DNA of 64,000 nucleotides. Origin: Bdellovibrionales bacterium (lineage in GTDB: Bacteria > Bdellovibrionota > Bdellovibrionia > Bdellovibrionales > UBA1609). The notes under the pieces are model-generated. The model was not told where the DNA came from. It made no database searches and saw only the letters and a program-made list of their open reading frames with translations. Location of the stretch: assembly GCA_965199825.1 (NCBI GenBank), contig OZ241329.1, positions 576,001-640,000 on the forward strand. Direction: 5' to 3'. The translations under genes were made by a program, and so were the position numbers. The stretch's first letter is position 1, and each line of letters starts with the position of its first letter. Shown one piece after another: positions 38,108 through 48,716 of this stretch.

Positions 38108-39409
38108 TCACATCATATCCAGCATGAGCTGACTTGGATTTTCGATTCGGGCCACAAAGGCTTTCATAAAATTTGCGGCCACTGCACCATCGATTAAACG
38201 ATGATCACAGGTGATGGTAAAATTCATCATCGAGGCCGGAACCCAGGTGTTGTTTTGCCATAAAGGTCTTTCGATAATTCGATACATTCCTAAGATTGCA
38301 ACTTCGGGATGATTAATAATCGGTGTGGCGAACACACCGCCCACGCTTCCAAGGTTGGTGATGGTGATGGTTGCATGCTTCATCTCATCCATTGCCAATT
38401 TTCCGGTGCGCGCTTTGTTGGCGAGAGTTCCGATTTCATCAGCCAATTGCAAAATCGTTTTTTGATCGGCATTTTTAAGATTAGGAACCATCAAGCCGGT
38501 GGGAGTGTCTGCCGCAAAACCGATGTTGAAAAAATCTTTGTACACAATCTCTTGGGCTTGATCGTCAATGCTGGCATTGAACATCGGGAATTCGCGAATG
38601 GTCGCAATCAATGCTTTGATCACAAAGGGCAAAAAGGTTACCTTGACCCCAAATTTTTCGCCTGCCAATTTGGCTTGCTTACGCACTTCGACCAAGGCTG
38701 TGACGTTGGCTTCTTCGGCCAAAGTAAAATGCGGAATCACCCGCTTTGCCATCTGCAAATTGTCGGCAATTTTTTTGCGCACCCCGCGGAGAGCTTCACG
38801 ACGCTCGGATTGTCCACTACTTCGCACCATTGGGGCTGGCACTTCTTTTTTAAGCGGAGCCAAAGATGCCGGAGCTGAAGACTTGGGAGTTGACGTCACC
38901 GGCGCTTTGCTCGCAGGTGCAGTACCTTCGTTCACACCTGAAATGTCCTCACGAGTGACACGTCCGGCAAGCCCTGTTCCATCGATTGAATTGATATCGA
39001 CATTCATCTCACGCGCAAGTCTTCGAGTTGAAGGGGTTGCAAGCACACGCGATTCTGCAGCTGGTGGTGACACCGCTTTTGGTGCTTCGGCTGGGGCCGA
39101 ATTTTTTGGTGGCTTCACCGAGGCTTCGGGTGCAGGCGCAGGTGGAGCCTTCACCGGCTCAGACACACTTGAGGCATCCAGCGTGAGCATCACGGTTTCG
39201 ATCGGGATCACGTCGCCCTCTTTAAATTTTAATTCTTTAACCGTTCCGGCAAAGGGCGAGGGAACTTCGACTGTTGCTTTGTCGGTCATCACCTCTGCAA
39301 TGGGCTGATCGGGCGATACAGAGTCTCCGATTTTAATCAACCATTTGACCAATTCGCCCTCGGTCACACCTTCGCCAATATCTGGAAGTTTCACATCTTG
39401 AGCTGCCAT
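38108..39409 (-). CDS. 2-oxo-acid dehydrogenase E2 (dihydrolipoamide acyltransferase)
   Basis: One lipoyl domain (MTDKATVE), E3-binding ATPSTRRLARE, catalytic DHRLIDG. Confidence 0.95.
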   Translation of the reverse strand: MAAQDVKLPDIGEGVTEGELVKWLIKIGDSVSPDQPIAEVMTDKATVEVPSPFAGTVKELKFKEGDVIPIETVMLTLDASSVSEPVKAPPAPAPEASVKPPKNSAPAEAPKAVSPPAAESRVLATPSTRRLAREMNVDINSIDGTGLAGRVTREDISGVNEGTAPASKAPVTSTPKSSAPASLAPLKKEVPAPMVRSSGQSERREALRGVRKKIADNLQMAKRVIPHFTLAEEANVTALVEVRKQAKLAGEKFGVKVTFLPFVIKALIATIREFPMFNASIDDQAQEIVYKDFFNIGFAADTPTGLMVPNLKNADQKTILQLADEIGTLANKARTGKLAMDEMKHATITITNLGSVGGVFATPIINHPEVAILGMYRIIERPLWQNNTWVPASMMNFTITCDHRLIDGAVAANFMKAFVARIENPSQLMLDMM

Positions 39410-39412
39410 TTT

Positions 39413-40300
39413 TTACTCCATCCTTTTTCTTTCAATAACACCTTTAATAAAATATTCGGCCGCTTTGTACGAGCTGCGCACCAGGGGGCCAGAGGCCACA
39501 TACAAAAATCCCATTGCTTCGGCCTCACGCTGCCACATTTTAAATTGCTCAGGGTGAACGAAGGTAGCAACCGGAATATGTTTTTTTGTGGGCTGCAGAT
39601 ATTGACCAAATGTGATCACGTCACAGTCGATACTTCTCAGATCTTTTAGGGTTTCGCGAATTTCTTGATCGGTTTCGCCAAGGCCCAACATCAACGATGT
39701 TTTTGTGTAACGATCGGGAGCTCGTTTTTTGGCAAAATCCAAAACATCAAGAGATTGCTGATAACCCGCTCTTAAATCGCGAACTCTTTTTTGCAATCTC
39801 GGCACAGTTTCGACATTATGAGCAAAAACATCAGGCCGCGAGTCGATGATCCGACCAATATGCTCGGTGTTTCCTTTAAAATCGGGAGTGAGCACCTCAA
39901 CAATTAATTTCGGATCTTCGCGTTTGATGGTCGTCACTGTGCGAGCAAAATGACCCGAACCCTCATCAGGCAAATCATCGCGATCGACACTTGTGATCAC
40001 CACATAATCAAGGCCCATTTGGGCGATCGCATAACCCACCTTTTCGGGCTCTTCATTATCGATCACACCTTGGGGATTTCCGGTTTTGACCGCACAAAAC
40101 TTGCAGCCGCGCGTACACACGTCGCCCATCAACATAAAAGTGGCGGTACCCGAACTCCAGCACTCGCCCATGTTGGGACATTTGGCTTCTTGGCAGACCG
40201 TTGCCAATTTTAACTCGCCTAATAATTCTTTGATTGCGAGGTAGCGATCACCACCTGCGGGACGAACCTTAATCCAATCCGGTTTCAAAGGCAGAGCCAT
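39413..40300 (-). CDS. lipA: Lipoyl synthase
   Basis: CQEAKCPNMGEC, CTRGCKFC, VRSSY; start at ATG 40300 after AGGAG. Confidence 0.97.
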   Translation of the reverse strand: MALPLKPDWIKVRPAGGDRYLAIKELLGELKLATVCQEAKCPNMGECWSSGTATFMLMGDVCTRGCKFCAVKTGNPQGVIDNEEPEKVGYAIAQMGLDYVVITSVDRDDLPDEGSGHFARTVTTIKREDPKLIVEVLTPDFKGNTEHIGRIIDSRPDVFAHNVETVPRLQKRVRDLRAGYQQSLDVLDFAKKRAPDRYTKTSLMLGLGETDQEIRETLKDLRSIDCDVITFGQYLQPTKKHIPVATFVHPEQFKMWQREAEAMGFLYVASGPLVRSSYKAAEYFIKGVIERKRME

Positions 40301-40369
40301 GATTTCTCCTTGATTTCTTAAACGCCAGTTGTAGTCAGAGATCTTAAAATTGTCACGACAGGCTTTCAT

Positions 40370-41068
40370 ATGAAATTCGAAATCCCGCTTGAAGAAGGCC
40401 GATTTGTTAAACGCTACAAACGGTTTTTTGCCGATGTCCTGGTCGATGGTAATGAAACGGTCGTCCACGTGCCCAACACCGGAAGCCTCAAAGGCTGCTT
40501 AGTGCCGGGCACACGAGCGCTCTTAAGTACCTCACTCAACCCCGCGCGCAAGCTGTCAAAAACCCTCGAATTCCTGGAGGTCGATGGCAGTTGGGTGGGA
40601 GTCAACACTCACCGCTCCAACCATTTGGTTTGGGAAGTCTGGGAAAAGGCTTTGCACCCGCATTGGCATCAGTTCGATCAGGGAAAAAAAGAGATAAAAA
40701 TTAATGCGGCCACCCGTCTGGATTTGCGCCTGAGTCAGGGCGATCGTCACCACTTTGTTGAGGTAAAAAATGTGACAATGAAAGTGGCCCATCAGGCCCA
40801 ATTTCCCGATTCCGAAAGTATGAGAGCCCAAAAGCATCTCAAAGAAATGATGCTCTTGATGGAGCAAGGCCATTCGGCAGAGATTGTGTTTACCGTGCAA
40901 CGAAGTGACTGCACCGCATTTTCTACCGCAGATGAGATCGATAAAAATTATGGAGTGATTTTGCGTGAAGCGATCAAGAAGGGATTAAAGATCTCGGCTT
41001 GGCCGTGTGAGATTTCTCCAGAAGGAGTTCACCTCGTGCCAAGCCGATCCTTAGACATCGAACTTTAA
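40370..41068 (+). CDS. sfsA: SfsA DNA/RNA nuclease (sugar fermentation stimulation protein)
   Basis: KRYKRFFADV, HVPNTGS, VEVKNVT, FPDS..RAQKHL. Confidence 0.95.
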   Translation: MKFEIPLEEGRFVKRYKRFFADVLVDGNETVVHVPNTGSLKGCLVPGTRALLSTSLNPARKLSKTLEFLEVDGSWVGVNTHRSNHLVWEVWEKALHPHWHQFDQGKKEIKINAATRLDLRLSQGDRHHFVEVKNVTMKVAHQAQFPDSESMRAQKHLKEMMLLMEQGHSAEIVFTVQRSDCTAFSTADEIDKNYGVILREAIKKGLKISAWPCEISPEGVHLVPSRSLDIEL

Positions 41069-41860
41069 TTATTTTTTATCAGCCAACAAACGATCGATAA
41101 TTTTCTTGAAGTGCTCAACAGGATAAGCCCCTTTAACCGAAACTCCGTTAACCAAAAATCCTGGAGTTCCAGAGAACTCATATTTTTTGGCTTCGGCCAT
41201 TTGGGTCTCGATAATTTTTTTAACCGCATCTGAATTCATATCTTTTTTAAGTTTAGCCATGTCTGCGCCAATTTTTTTGGCTGTTTTTTCTAAGAACTTA
41301 TCGCCATCTTTTTTAAGATCATTTTGATTTTCAAACACAGCATCATGAAATTTATGAGCTTTTGCTTGATCTTGCATTGCAATAGCTTGGAAATATTTTG
41401 CTGCAGGCATTGCTTGAGGATGAAATTCAAGTGGCAGATTTTTAAAAACCACACGGACTTTGTCGCCATAATCGGACATCACTTGTTTCATGGTCATGTA
41501 ACCACGGCTGCAGTAGGGGCACTCAAAGTCAGAGTATTCAACAATAGTAATGGGTGCACTGGCATTTCCGAATGAAGCATCGGTCGAGCTGATTTCTGGC
41601 TTTTTAGGATTTTTGAATTCATCTTCCATTCGAGTGGATTCTTGTTTTTCTTCATCCTCTTTTGCTTTGCCTTGAGCTTCACGTGCGGCTTTGTTTACAA
41701 CCTCAATAAATTTGGCAGGATTTTTTTCGATTGCGCCAAAAAGAATATCGGGATTTTCTTCTACCAATTTTTTTAAACTGCCTGCATTGGGTGTACAGCC
41801 AACAAAGCAGATGGCGAGTAAACCGGCCACCGCACTTAACAATTGCTTTTTCAATTTCAT
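41069..41860 (-). CDS. dsbA: DsbA-family disulfide oxidoreductase (lipoprotein)
   Basis: Lipobox VGC, EYSDFECPYC, GTP. Confidence 0.88.
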   Translation of the reverse strand: MKLKKQLLSAVAGLLAICFVGCTPNAGSLKKLVEENPDILFGAIEKNPAKFIEVVNKAAREAQGKAKEDEEKQESTRMEDEFKNPKKPEISSTDASFGNASAPITIVEYSDFECPYCSRGYMTMKQVMSDYGDKVRVVFKNLPLEFHPQAMPAAKYFQAIAMQDQAKAHKFHDAVFENQNDLKKDGDKFLEKTAKKIGADMAKLKKDMNSDAVKKIIETQMAEAKKYEFSGTPGFLVNGVSVKGAYPVEHFKKIIDRLLADKK

Positions 41861-41944
41861 CTCCTGTGGTTAATTAAAGTTTCTTTGAAGGGTGTATTTT
41901 GACACACAATCAAAACATGAAACAAGATAATTTGGGAGTGAACC

Positions 41945-42556
41945 ATGAAGCATTGGATCTTGATATTTCTTTTTAGCCTTTCGGCGCCGTGCGCGTATGC
42001 GACAATGTACAAATATTATGAACTTCGCTCGATGGATCATGATGTGGTGCTGGGAAAAGTGAACCAAAAAATAAATGAGGCAAAAAAAGTTTCGGTTTCT
42101 GACGAAGACGGCGTGGACGAAGATGGTGATCACGAAGCCATCGAGATTCTTCGTGACGCCCTTCGCTTTGCGCTCTCAAGACCTAATCGCGGTGGCGATT
42201 ACTACGACGATATTGTGCCGCCCCTGCGTCGGGAGCTGGGGCAGTACAACGCCTTTGAGGATACATTGGTGAGCTTAAGCGACGAAGCAATGGATGGGAT
42301 CAAAAATCCAAAGCTTCAACCGGTTTATCGCGCCACATATCTTTTTATGCTCGAAAATATTATGAGTGAGATGCAACCTGAAATCGAACGAAAGCCCTTA
42401 TACAAAGCGGCATTAACCAAAATCAAAGATGCAAAGATCGAAATTGCGCCCGAAGTCGCAAAAGAATTAAAAATTTTAAGAAGCATGTACAGCATGGTGT
42501 CACCGTCACAACGAGCTGCTGATGTTTTGACCAAGGCTTCACAAAAAAAGAAATAA
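41945..42556 (+). CDS. Hypothetical exported protein
   Basis: Signal peptide (AYA), helical 203-aa ORF. Confidence 0.75.
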   Translation: MKHWILIFLFSLSAPCAYATMYKYYELRSMDHDVVLGKVNQKINEAKKVSVSDEDGVDEDGDHEAIEILRDALRFALSRPNRGGDYYDDIVPPLRRELGQYNAFEDTLVSLSDEAMDGIKNPKLQPVYRATYLFMLENIMSEMQPEIERKPLYKAALTKIKDAKIEIAPEVAKELKILRSMYSMVSPSQRAADVLTKASQKKK

Positions 42557-42617
42557 ATCTGTTTCATTTCGAAACATTTTGGCTCAAGCACACACCTGAT
42601 TGAACCGAATCAGGGGT

Positions 42618-43016
42618 ATGGGTTTACGCGTACTCGTTATTTTTTTTACTACGGCATTGATTTTCGTTGGGGTGGCCTATGAAACTCCGCTGACGTCGGT
42701 GCGAACCCCACAAAGTATCAAGCCCGCTGTGCAAACCTTGGCGACCGAACCCTTAAAATTGTCATGTCATGCAGAGAGTATTTCGACTTCGTCGCACCGT
42801 GTGAGGTTTAATCTAAAACCCTGCTCGACCAAAGCCAAAGAGGTCAGTTTGGTTAACCAGACCAATGGCTACCTCGCCACCGTTTTTAAAAATCAAAATC
42901 ATTCGCTCAGCACAGATTTTATCACTCTTGAAAAAGGTGAAAATACCATCACCGTTTCATTCAACGATCCCGATGGCGCGGTCAAAACTTTGAAAGTTTT
43001 GGTTCAACGCAATTAA
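42618..43016 (+). CDS. Hypothetical protein with an N-terminal TM and Ig-like C-terminus
   Basis: N-terminal hydrophobic helix; TDFITLEKGENTITV. Confidence 0.7.
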   Translation: MGLRVLVIFFTTALIFVGVAYETPLTSVRTPQSIKPAVQTLATEPLKLSCHAESISTSSHRVRFNLKPCSTKAKEVSLVNQTNGYLATVFKNQNHSLSTDFITLEKGENTITVSFNDPDGAVKTLKVLVQRN

Positions 43017-43810
43017 TTGCGATAAGTTAATCCAACCAACACAACATTTTGGCGAATATAGCCATCAATCGTCTCTGCACCTTCGGTCCCGGCGGTATAG
43101 CTAGTGCCTTGAATATTTGCCGAGAGCGCTTTTGTAAATGCGCGCGAGAGAGTGAGGCGCACCACACTTGAAATCAAACGGTAATCGGCAAAAACAGAAA
43201 CATGATCTGTCAGATTGTATTTCAGCGTGGTGATCATTTCGCCACTGCCGAGGTAGTAACTCATTTTAAAATCAACATTATAGGGATTATCAAAAATGGC
43301 ATCGAGATAATTCCCTGACAGATTGTAACGAAAATTAATTTTGTAGCCTTGCTTCACCTGCACGTCGATATTTGAGAGCTTATCTTTGGCTTCATATACC
43401 GGTCGCAGTTGATCGCTCTCTTTAAAAAAAGCATCGGCGTGATACTCTATCACCCGACGAATCATGTACTCGCCAAAACTTTTTTTGCGCGCTAAATCTT
43501 CCTCATAGCTCACATAAAGACCATTATAAAAATACTGATCAAAGCGTGAAGGCAACAGATTGCGCTCAACTTCTGTTCTGCCAAAGCGCTGTTCGTACTG
43601 GGTTTCAAACTCAATCGAAAGATTGCGGGTCAAAAAAGGCTTTTCTTTGTTCAAAGGTTTTGGGTTGGTGATCACAACAAGCTCGTCGTTCTTTTCATCT
43701 TTTTCGCTGGACACATCATCGAGGTAGCCATGTGGCAAGCCCAAAGCCCATCCAAAAGAAAAACCAAAAATTACAAACAGACTGGCGGTCGAAAATGCCA
43801 GTTTTCGCAA
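43013..43810 (-). CDS. Hypothetical exported/outer-membrane protein
   Basis: Likely TTG start 43810 gives a signal peptide MRKLAFSTASLFVIFGFSFGWA; beta-rich C-terminus. Confidence 0.7.
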   Translation of the reverse strand: MRKLAFSTASLFVIFGFSFGWALGLPHGYLDDVSSEKDEKNDELVVITNPKPLNKEKPFLTRNLSIEFETQYEQRFGRTEVERNLLPSRFDQYFYNGLYVSYEEDLARKKSFGEYMIRRVIEYHADAFFKESDQLRPVYEAKDKLSNIDVQVKQGYKINFRYNLSGNYLDAIFDNPYNVDFKMSYYLGSGEMITTLKYNLTDHVSVFADYRLISSVVRLTLSRAFTKALSANIQGTSYTAGTEGAETIDGYIRQNVVLVGLTYRN

Positions 43811-43854
43811 ATAATCGCATTGAATGGCCAAAAAACGTCCTCTATCCTCTGCAC

Positions 43855-44490
43855 ATGACAAGTGTGGCTTTAAAAAAGCGATCTGACCTTCATCTTTCGC
43901 GAAAGCTCTGGCACACGTTCGGGGTTTTGGCTCTGCTTGCGGTTTACGTGCAGTTCTCGCGACGAATGAGTCTTGAAATCTTAAGCTCGGCAACGGTTGT
44001 TTTTGTAAGCCTTGATCTCTTACGAAAATTTTCGAAATCACTAAATCATTTTCTCACATTACTATTTCGCCCGTTTATGCGCGAGCATGAGCGTCATGGG
44101 TTTGCCGGAACAACCTATCTCCTTTTAGGAGTATTGATCATCATTGCGTTTTTTCCAAAGCCCGTTTGCATTCTCTCACTTTTATTTTTGGCCGTTGCCG
44201 ATCCTTTAGCAAGCCTGGTCGGAATCCTCTACGGCAAAGATAAGATTTGTGGACCAAAAAGTTTGCAAGGAAGTTCCGCCGCATTTTCGGCCTGCACAGT
44301 GATTGCTGGAATTTATTTTTTTACCCATCATTTAATGATCGATCGTTTAGTGATTGTCAGTCTCCTTGCTGGAGTGATTGGCGCCATTTCTGAACTTATT
44401 CCCATTTTCAATATTGACGACAATCTGACTTTTCCGATTGTGAGTTCAGGGTTTTTACACGCCCTCTTTTGGCTATTTGGAGGATTTTAA
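43855..44490 (+). CDS. Phytol/dolichol kinase-like (CTP_transf_1) membrane protein
   Basis: SRKLWH, ADPLASLVG, KSLQGS, DDNLTFP. Confidence 0.88.
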   Translation: MTSVALKKRSDLHLSRKLWHTFGVLALLAVYVQFSRRMSLEILSSATVVFVSLDLLRKFSKSLNHFLTLLFRPFMREHERHGFAGTTYLLLGVLIIIAFFPKPVCILSLLFLAVADPLASLVGILYGKDKICGPKSLQGSSAAFSACTVIAGIYFFTHHLMIDRLVIVSLLAGVIGAISELIPIFNIDDNLTFPIVSSGFLHALFWLFGGF

Positions 44491-45287
44491 TGGAAGAACA
44501 ACAACCCCACCGCTCACTGATGAGACGCCGAATCAGCATGCACATTTATGTGCTCCCCAATTTGCTCACCACCGGAAATATGTTTTGCGGATTTTTTGCG
44601 ATGATTTATGCCATTCATGGCAGCTTCATATGGGCCGCTTACGCCATTGTCAGCGCCGCCGTTTTTGATTTGCTCGATGGACGTGTGGCTCGAATGACTC
44701 ACTCAACAAGTCAATTTGGCAAAGAATATGATTCCTTATCTGATTGTATCAGCTTTGGTGTTGCACCCAGCCTGCTGCTTTTTGAATGGTCGCTTCAACC
44801 CTTTGGAAGATTAGGTTGGCTCGCTTCATTTTTCTTTGTGGCTTGCGGCGCCTTGCGCCTCGCCCGATACAATGTGCAACAACACGTTGTCGAAAAAAAT
44901 TATTTTCAAGGTTTGCCCATTCCAATGGCTGCAGGAATTGTTGCAAGCTCGGTCTTGGCATTTCAAGATCTTAATCTGACCGCTGCACATTCGCGCTGGA
45001 TTCTTGCAATGACCTTTTTACTTGGCTTTGTGATGGTCTCAACTTTTCGTTATCGCTCATTCAAAGATATTGATCTTAAACAACGACTGCCCTTTTCTTA
45101 TTTAGTGATTGGAGTGTTTTTATTTGCTGTGATTGCTATCCATCCCGAGGTCATGCTATTTGCACTTTTTCTCACCTACGCTGTCTTAGGTGCGATATTT
45201 GGATTTTTGCGTTTAGGTCGATCGCCAAGACGAATTTCTGATGAGCACGAAGACGATTTACAAGAGGAAATTTTGGAGGACAAATGA
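44490..45287 (+). CDS. pssA: CDP-diacylglycerol--serine O-phosphatidyltransferase
   Basis: LPNLLT, DLLDGRVAR, FGKEYDSLSD, RLARYN, FQGLPIP. Confidence 0.95.
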   Translation: MEEQQPHRSLMRRRISMHIYVLPNLLTTGNMFCGFFAMIYAIHGSFIWAAYAIVSAAVFDLLDGRVARMTHSTSQFGKEYDSLSDCISFGVAPSLLLFEWSLQPFGRLGWLASFFFVACGALRLARYNVQQHVVEKNYFQGLPIPMAAGIVASSVLAFQDLNLTAAHSRWILAMTFLLGFVMVSTFRYRSFKDIDLKQRLPFSYLVIGVFLFAVIAIHPEVMLFALFLTYAVLGAIFGFLRLGRSPRRISDEHEDDLQEEILEDK

Positions 45288-46258
45288 GACTCGGTGTGGT
45301 CGGCGCCACTGGAATGGTCGGCGAAGAATTTTTAAAACTGATGAATCAACGAAATTTTAAAGCCGAACACGTTCGTCTTTTTGCGAGCGACAAATCCGCT
45401 GGTACAAAACTTCAGTTTCAAAATAAATCGGTCACGGTCGAAACTTTATCCGAAGGCTGCTTTGATGATTTGGATTTAGTTTTCTTTTCTTCGGGCGATG
45501 ATATTTCAAAAGAATGGGCGCCCAAAGCAGTAAAAGCCGGAGCCTTTGCGGTAGACAATTCGGGTGCATTTCGGATGGACGAAAACACAATTCTTTGTGT
45601 GCCCGAAGTTAACGGCGACATTTTGCCAAATAAAAATAATCCCCAAATCATCGCCAATCCCAATTGCTCAACAATCCAATTGGTGATGGCCCTAAAACCT
45701 CTTGATGATGCGTTTCGTGTGAGCGAAGTGCGAGTTTCCACCTATCAAGCAGTTTCAGGAGCAGGAAAACCCGCCGAGGCCGAGCTCAAATCCCAAATCG
45801 AAAATCCAAATCACGAGCCCAAATATTTTCCTCAAGCCATCGCCTTTAATTGTATTCCCCAAATTGGTTCAATTGATGACGAAGGCTTCTGCACCGAAGA
45901 ATCAAAAATCATGCGCGAGACAAAAAAAATCTTACGCCGTCCCGATTTAAAAATTTCGGCTTGGACCGTTCGGGTTCCAGTAATCAATGGTCACAGCGAA
46001 GCCGCGTGGGTCACACTTGAGCGGCCCGCAAAAAAATCAGAGATCACCACAGTCTTAAATAAAATGCCCGGTGTCGAAGTGATTGAATATCCCACCGCAC
46101 TTTCAAGTTCGGGCCGCGATCCGGTTTTTATTGGGCGCATTCATCAAGATTTGGATTTTCCAAAAACATGGATGATGTGGATTGTGGCCGATAATATTCG
46201 AAAAGGGGCGGCACTTAATGGAATTCAAATTGCCGAGAGGATTTTTGACATCTCTTGA
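45284..46258 (+). CDS. asd: Aspartate-semialdehyde dehydrogenase
   Basis: VGATGMVG, ANPNCST, STYQAVSGAG, DNIRKGAALN. Confidence 0.97.
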   Translation: MRLGVVGATGMVGEEFLKLMNQRNFKAEHVRLFASDKSAGTKLQFQNKSVTVETLSEGCFDDLDLVFFSSGDDISKEWAPKAVKAGAFAVDNSGAFRMDENTILCVPEVNGDILPNKNNPQIIANPNCSTIQLVMALKPLDDAFRVSEVRVSTYQAVSGAGKPAEAELKSQIENPNHEPKYFPQAIAFNCIPQIGSIDDEGFCTEESKIMRETKKILRRPDLKISAWTVRVPVINGHSEAAWVTLERPAKKSEITTVLNKMPGVEVIEYPTALSSSGRDPVFIGRIHQDLDFPKTWMMWIVADNIRKGAALNGIQIAERIFDIS

Positions 46259-46279
46259 GCCTCGTGGTCTCATCGCTGG

Positions 46280-47749
46280 ATGGGTCGACAGCTCCTCTAT
46301 TTGCTTCTCATTTTTTTTAGCTTGAATAGCTCGGCGGTGATCGTCATCAATTCGATCACGGGCGCATCAAAAGTCGACCTTGGCTTAAACGGACAAACCC
46401 AAGCCGCCACTGTCACTACCACCGTCTCTGCAACACCCCAAATTTATGGCGGTACTGCCGGCGTCGTGAATAACTGCGCAGGCACAGGACAAGTGATCAA
46501 TGCGACTGATAATACCTGTAACAGCTGTGCGGGAACTACCAGTTTGACCGCCTGCAATCTTCAAGGAATCTATCCAAACTTATCTTTGCAAATCACATTT
46601 TACTCGACCACCCTCACCCAACTTGGCGTTCCGTTGTTGCTTGACCCCAACAACAATGTGATCGGAACCGCAGTACAAAGTTCTGCAGGTGCGAATGCTC
46701 CAGCCGTTATCACAGTAAGATGGGCCGACATTTGTAATGTGGGATCATCCGGCAGCAGTGACTGCAGCACACCGACCGAAGTGACATTGCAATTGGGATT
46801 TAGTGTGGGCGGAGCCAACAATTTTACCGGCACGGGAGCGGATACTCCAACCCAACTCAACTTTCATATTTATACTCCTCCAACTGGGGGCGCCGATGAC
46901 ACCGTAGATTTTTGCGGCGGCGGAGCAGCCTCCATCGCAACTTCGGGAGTGTGTGGCTGGCGGGCTTTTCCGGGCGATGCCAAAATCTATTTAGATCAAG
47001 ATTATTTTGTTCCAGGCTCAAATTTTCCAAACGTGGATACGAGCGGCGGCGGAAGCGCCAACGTGCAAATTGATCAACTGCTCCTTTTTTATTCCACTAC
47101 CGACTTCGCATCGATTTTGCCGAGTTCACCCTACAAGGCCTTTCAACTCCAAACCAATGCGAACCTTACTGCGGGAACCATAGCTTCAAACAGCATTGAT
47201 GTGATTCCGAGTTCTGCTTCTGGTTTTGATAATTACACTCCGTACTTTTTTCGTTTAGCAGCCAAGGATCAAGCCGGAAATGTGGCCTACTTTACCTCGG
47301 ACCAAGCGATCAACACCGCTTGCTCCTCTTCCGGTGGAACCGGAATCACCGCCTCTGCTGTGGATGACAACGTTTTACAAAATTGTCCATTTATCGCAAA
47401 ACCTGATCCGGTACATGGACTGCTCAACAAAGATCTCAATTGTTTTATCGCTTCGGCGGCTTATGGATCATTTCTAGATTCGCGCCTTCAGGATTTCAGA
47501 GCCTTTCGCTCACGATTTATTTTGAGCAATTCGATTGGGCGAAGCTTCAACAAATTTTATTACACTTACGGCCCTTACGCCGCCCGATTTCTTGAAGCCC
47601 ACTCTTGGATTAAATTTCCGGTGCGCCTATTACTTACTCCCGTTTGGTTATTTGCCCGCCTCAGTCTTTGGACAAATCTGTGGGCCACAATTTTATTTTT
47701 AATTTGCTTTTGCTATTTAGGTTCAAGGTTACGGCGTGCGATATTTTAA
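46280..47749 (+). CDS. Cys/Thr/Gly-rich surface protein with a CFI-box-CTERM tail
   Basis: Signal peptide; C-terminal CFIASAAYG...FRAFR...FYYTYGP and a TM with a basic tail. Confidence 0.85.
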   Translation: MGRQLLYLLLIFFSLNSSAVIVINSITGASKVDLGLNGQTQAATVTTTVSATPQIYGGTAGVVNNCAGTGQVINATDNTCNSCAGTTSLTACNLQGIYPNLSLQITFYSTTLTQLGVPLLLDPNNNVIGTAVQSSAGANAPAVITVRWADICNVGSSGSSDCSTPTEVTLQLGFSVGGANNFTGTGADTPTQLNFHIYTPPTGGADDTVDFCGGGAASIATSGVCGWRAFPGDAKIYLDQDYFVPGSNFPNVDTSGGGSANVQIDQLLLFYSTTDFASILPSSPYKAFQLQTNANLTAGTIASNSIDVIPSSASGFDNYTPYFFRLAAKDQAGNVAYFTSDQAINTACSSSGGTGITASAVDDNVLQNCPFIAKPDPVHGLLNKDLNCFIASAAYGSFLDSRLQDFRAFRSRFILSNSIGRSFNKFYYTYGPYAARFLEAHSWIKFPVRLLLTPVWLFARLSLWTNLWATILFLICFCYLGSRLRRAIF

Positions 47750-48716
47750 TCTGCTGTTTGCCTTGATTTCACCTTTTGCGCTGAGTGAAGATCTCAACAC
47801 CGATCCCTCTTTTTTTGAAAAGCCACAGCCTGCGGTTTCGCAAACTCCCGACCAAGCACCACTCGTAAAACCGACGCCCGTGCCGACTGTGTCTCCAACT
47901 GCAAAACCGCCAGCCGTTCGAGTTGAGCCCCAACTGCAAGAACCCTTAGAGCTTGAGCCTGCCGCAGCACCCGCACCGCAAGCCGATCCCAACCAACTGC
48001 CCATTCCTGATATTCGCAACTACACCTTGGAGCCAAAATTTATTGAGCATCCCCTTTCTAAAAAAGGGTTGGTCAAGATCGATAGCGATCGCACATATAT
48101 TTACGATATCAAAAAGAGCGATCAGACCCGAGCTGTTTCGGTGCGCTTTGCATTGTTCACTCCTAAGCAATTGCGCAATTCTTCAACCGGAGTGAGCTTT
48201 ACCGATCTTTACACCGTTGGCAGCGTTCCAATGCTTCTGGTCGACTATGAATGGATGCTCTGGCGCACATTTGGAAAACTGTATTTTACTTTGGGTTCAG
48301 GAATTTTTACGGGCAGTGGTCATGGCCGGTTTGAAACCGAAACTTATTTTACACCAAAAGAAACATTCACCTTTGCGGTATTTCCAATCAATGTTGGGGT
48401 CGCATGGCGCATTCAATTTTTTGAACGACAAATCTTTGTTCCTTACCTCGCCGGCGGCGGAACCCTGTTTCCATTCGCCGAAATTCGCGATGATGGAACA
48501 AAACCAAAATTCGGCATGGCTTACGGCGCCTACAGCGGCGCCGGACTCCAGATCAACGCCAATTTTATGGATACCAAGTCTATGGCTGATCTCGATCGCG
48601 AATATGGCATCAATGATGTTTATTTTACGGGTGAATTCCGCTTGTACCAAGGCAATCCAAACAAATTTGATTTTTCGGGGACAGCCATCAATTTTGGCAT
48701 ACTCATGGAATTTTAA
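47736..48716 (+). CDS. Outer-membrane beta-barrel protein with a Pro-rich N-terminus (MXAN_2562-like)
   Basis: Signal peptide, Pro-rich linker, FVPY, LDREYGINDVY, ends ILMEF. Confidence 0.7.
   Translation: MRYFNLLFALISPFALSEDLNTDPSFFEKPQPAVSQTPDQAPLVKPTPVPTVSPTAKPPAVRVEPQLQEPLELEPAAAPAPQADPNQLPIPDIRNYTLEPKFIEHPLSKKGLVKIDSDRTYIYDIKKSDQTRAVSVRFALFTPKQLRNSSTGVSFTDLYTVGSVPMLLVDYEWMLWRTFGKLYFTLGSGIFTGSGHGRFETETYFTPKETFTFAVFPINVGVAWRIQFFERQIFVPYLAGGGTLFPFAEIRDDGTKPKFGMAYGAYSGAGLQINANFMDTKSMADLDREYGINDVYFTGEFRLYQGNPNKFDFSGTAINFGILMEF

Noticed and set aside
38309..39308. Long antisense ORFs over the E2 gene, and similar shadow ORFs elsewhere
   Set aside because: They are antisense shadows of well-conserved genes with no recognisable motifs
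40301..40468. N-terminal extension of lipA in the ORF track
   Set aside because: It overlaps the divergent sfsA; a good RBS and family-typical start exist at 40300
43732..44041. Long mutual overlap of ORFs 43013..44041 and 43732..44490
   Set aside because: Resolved by downstream starts (43810 minus, 43855 plus)
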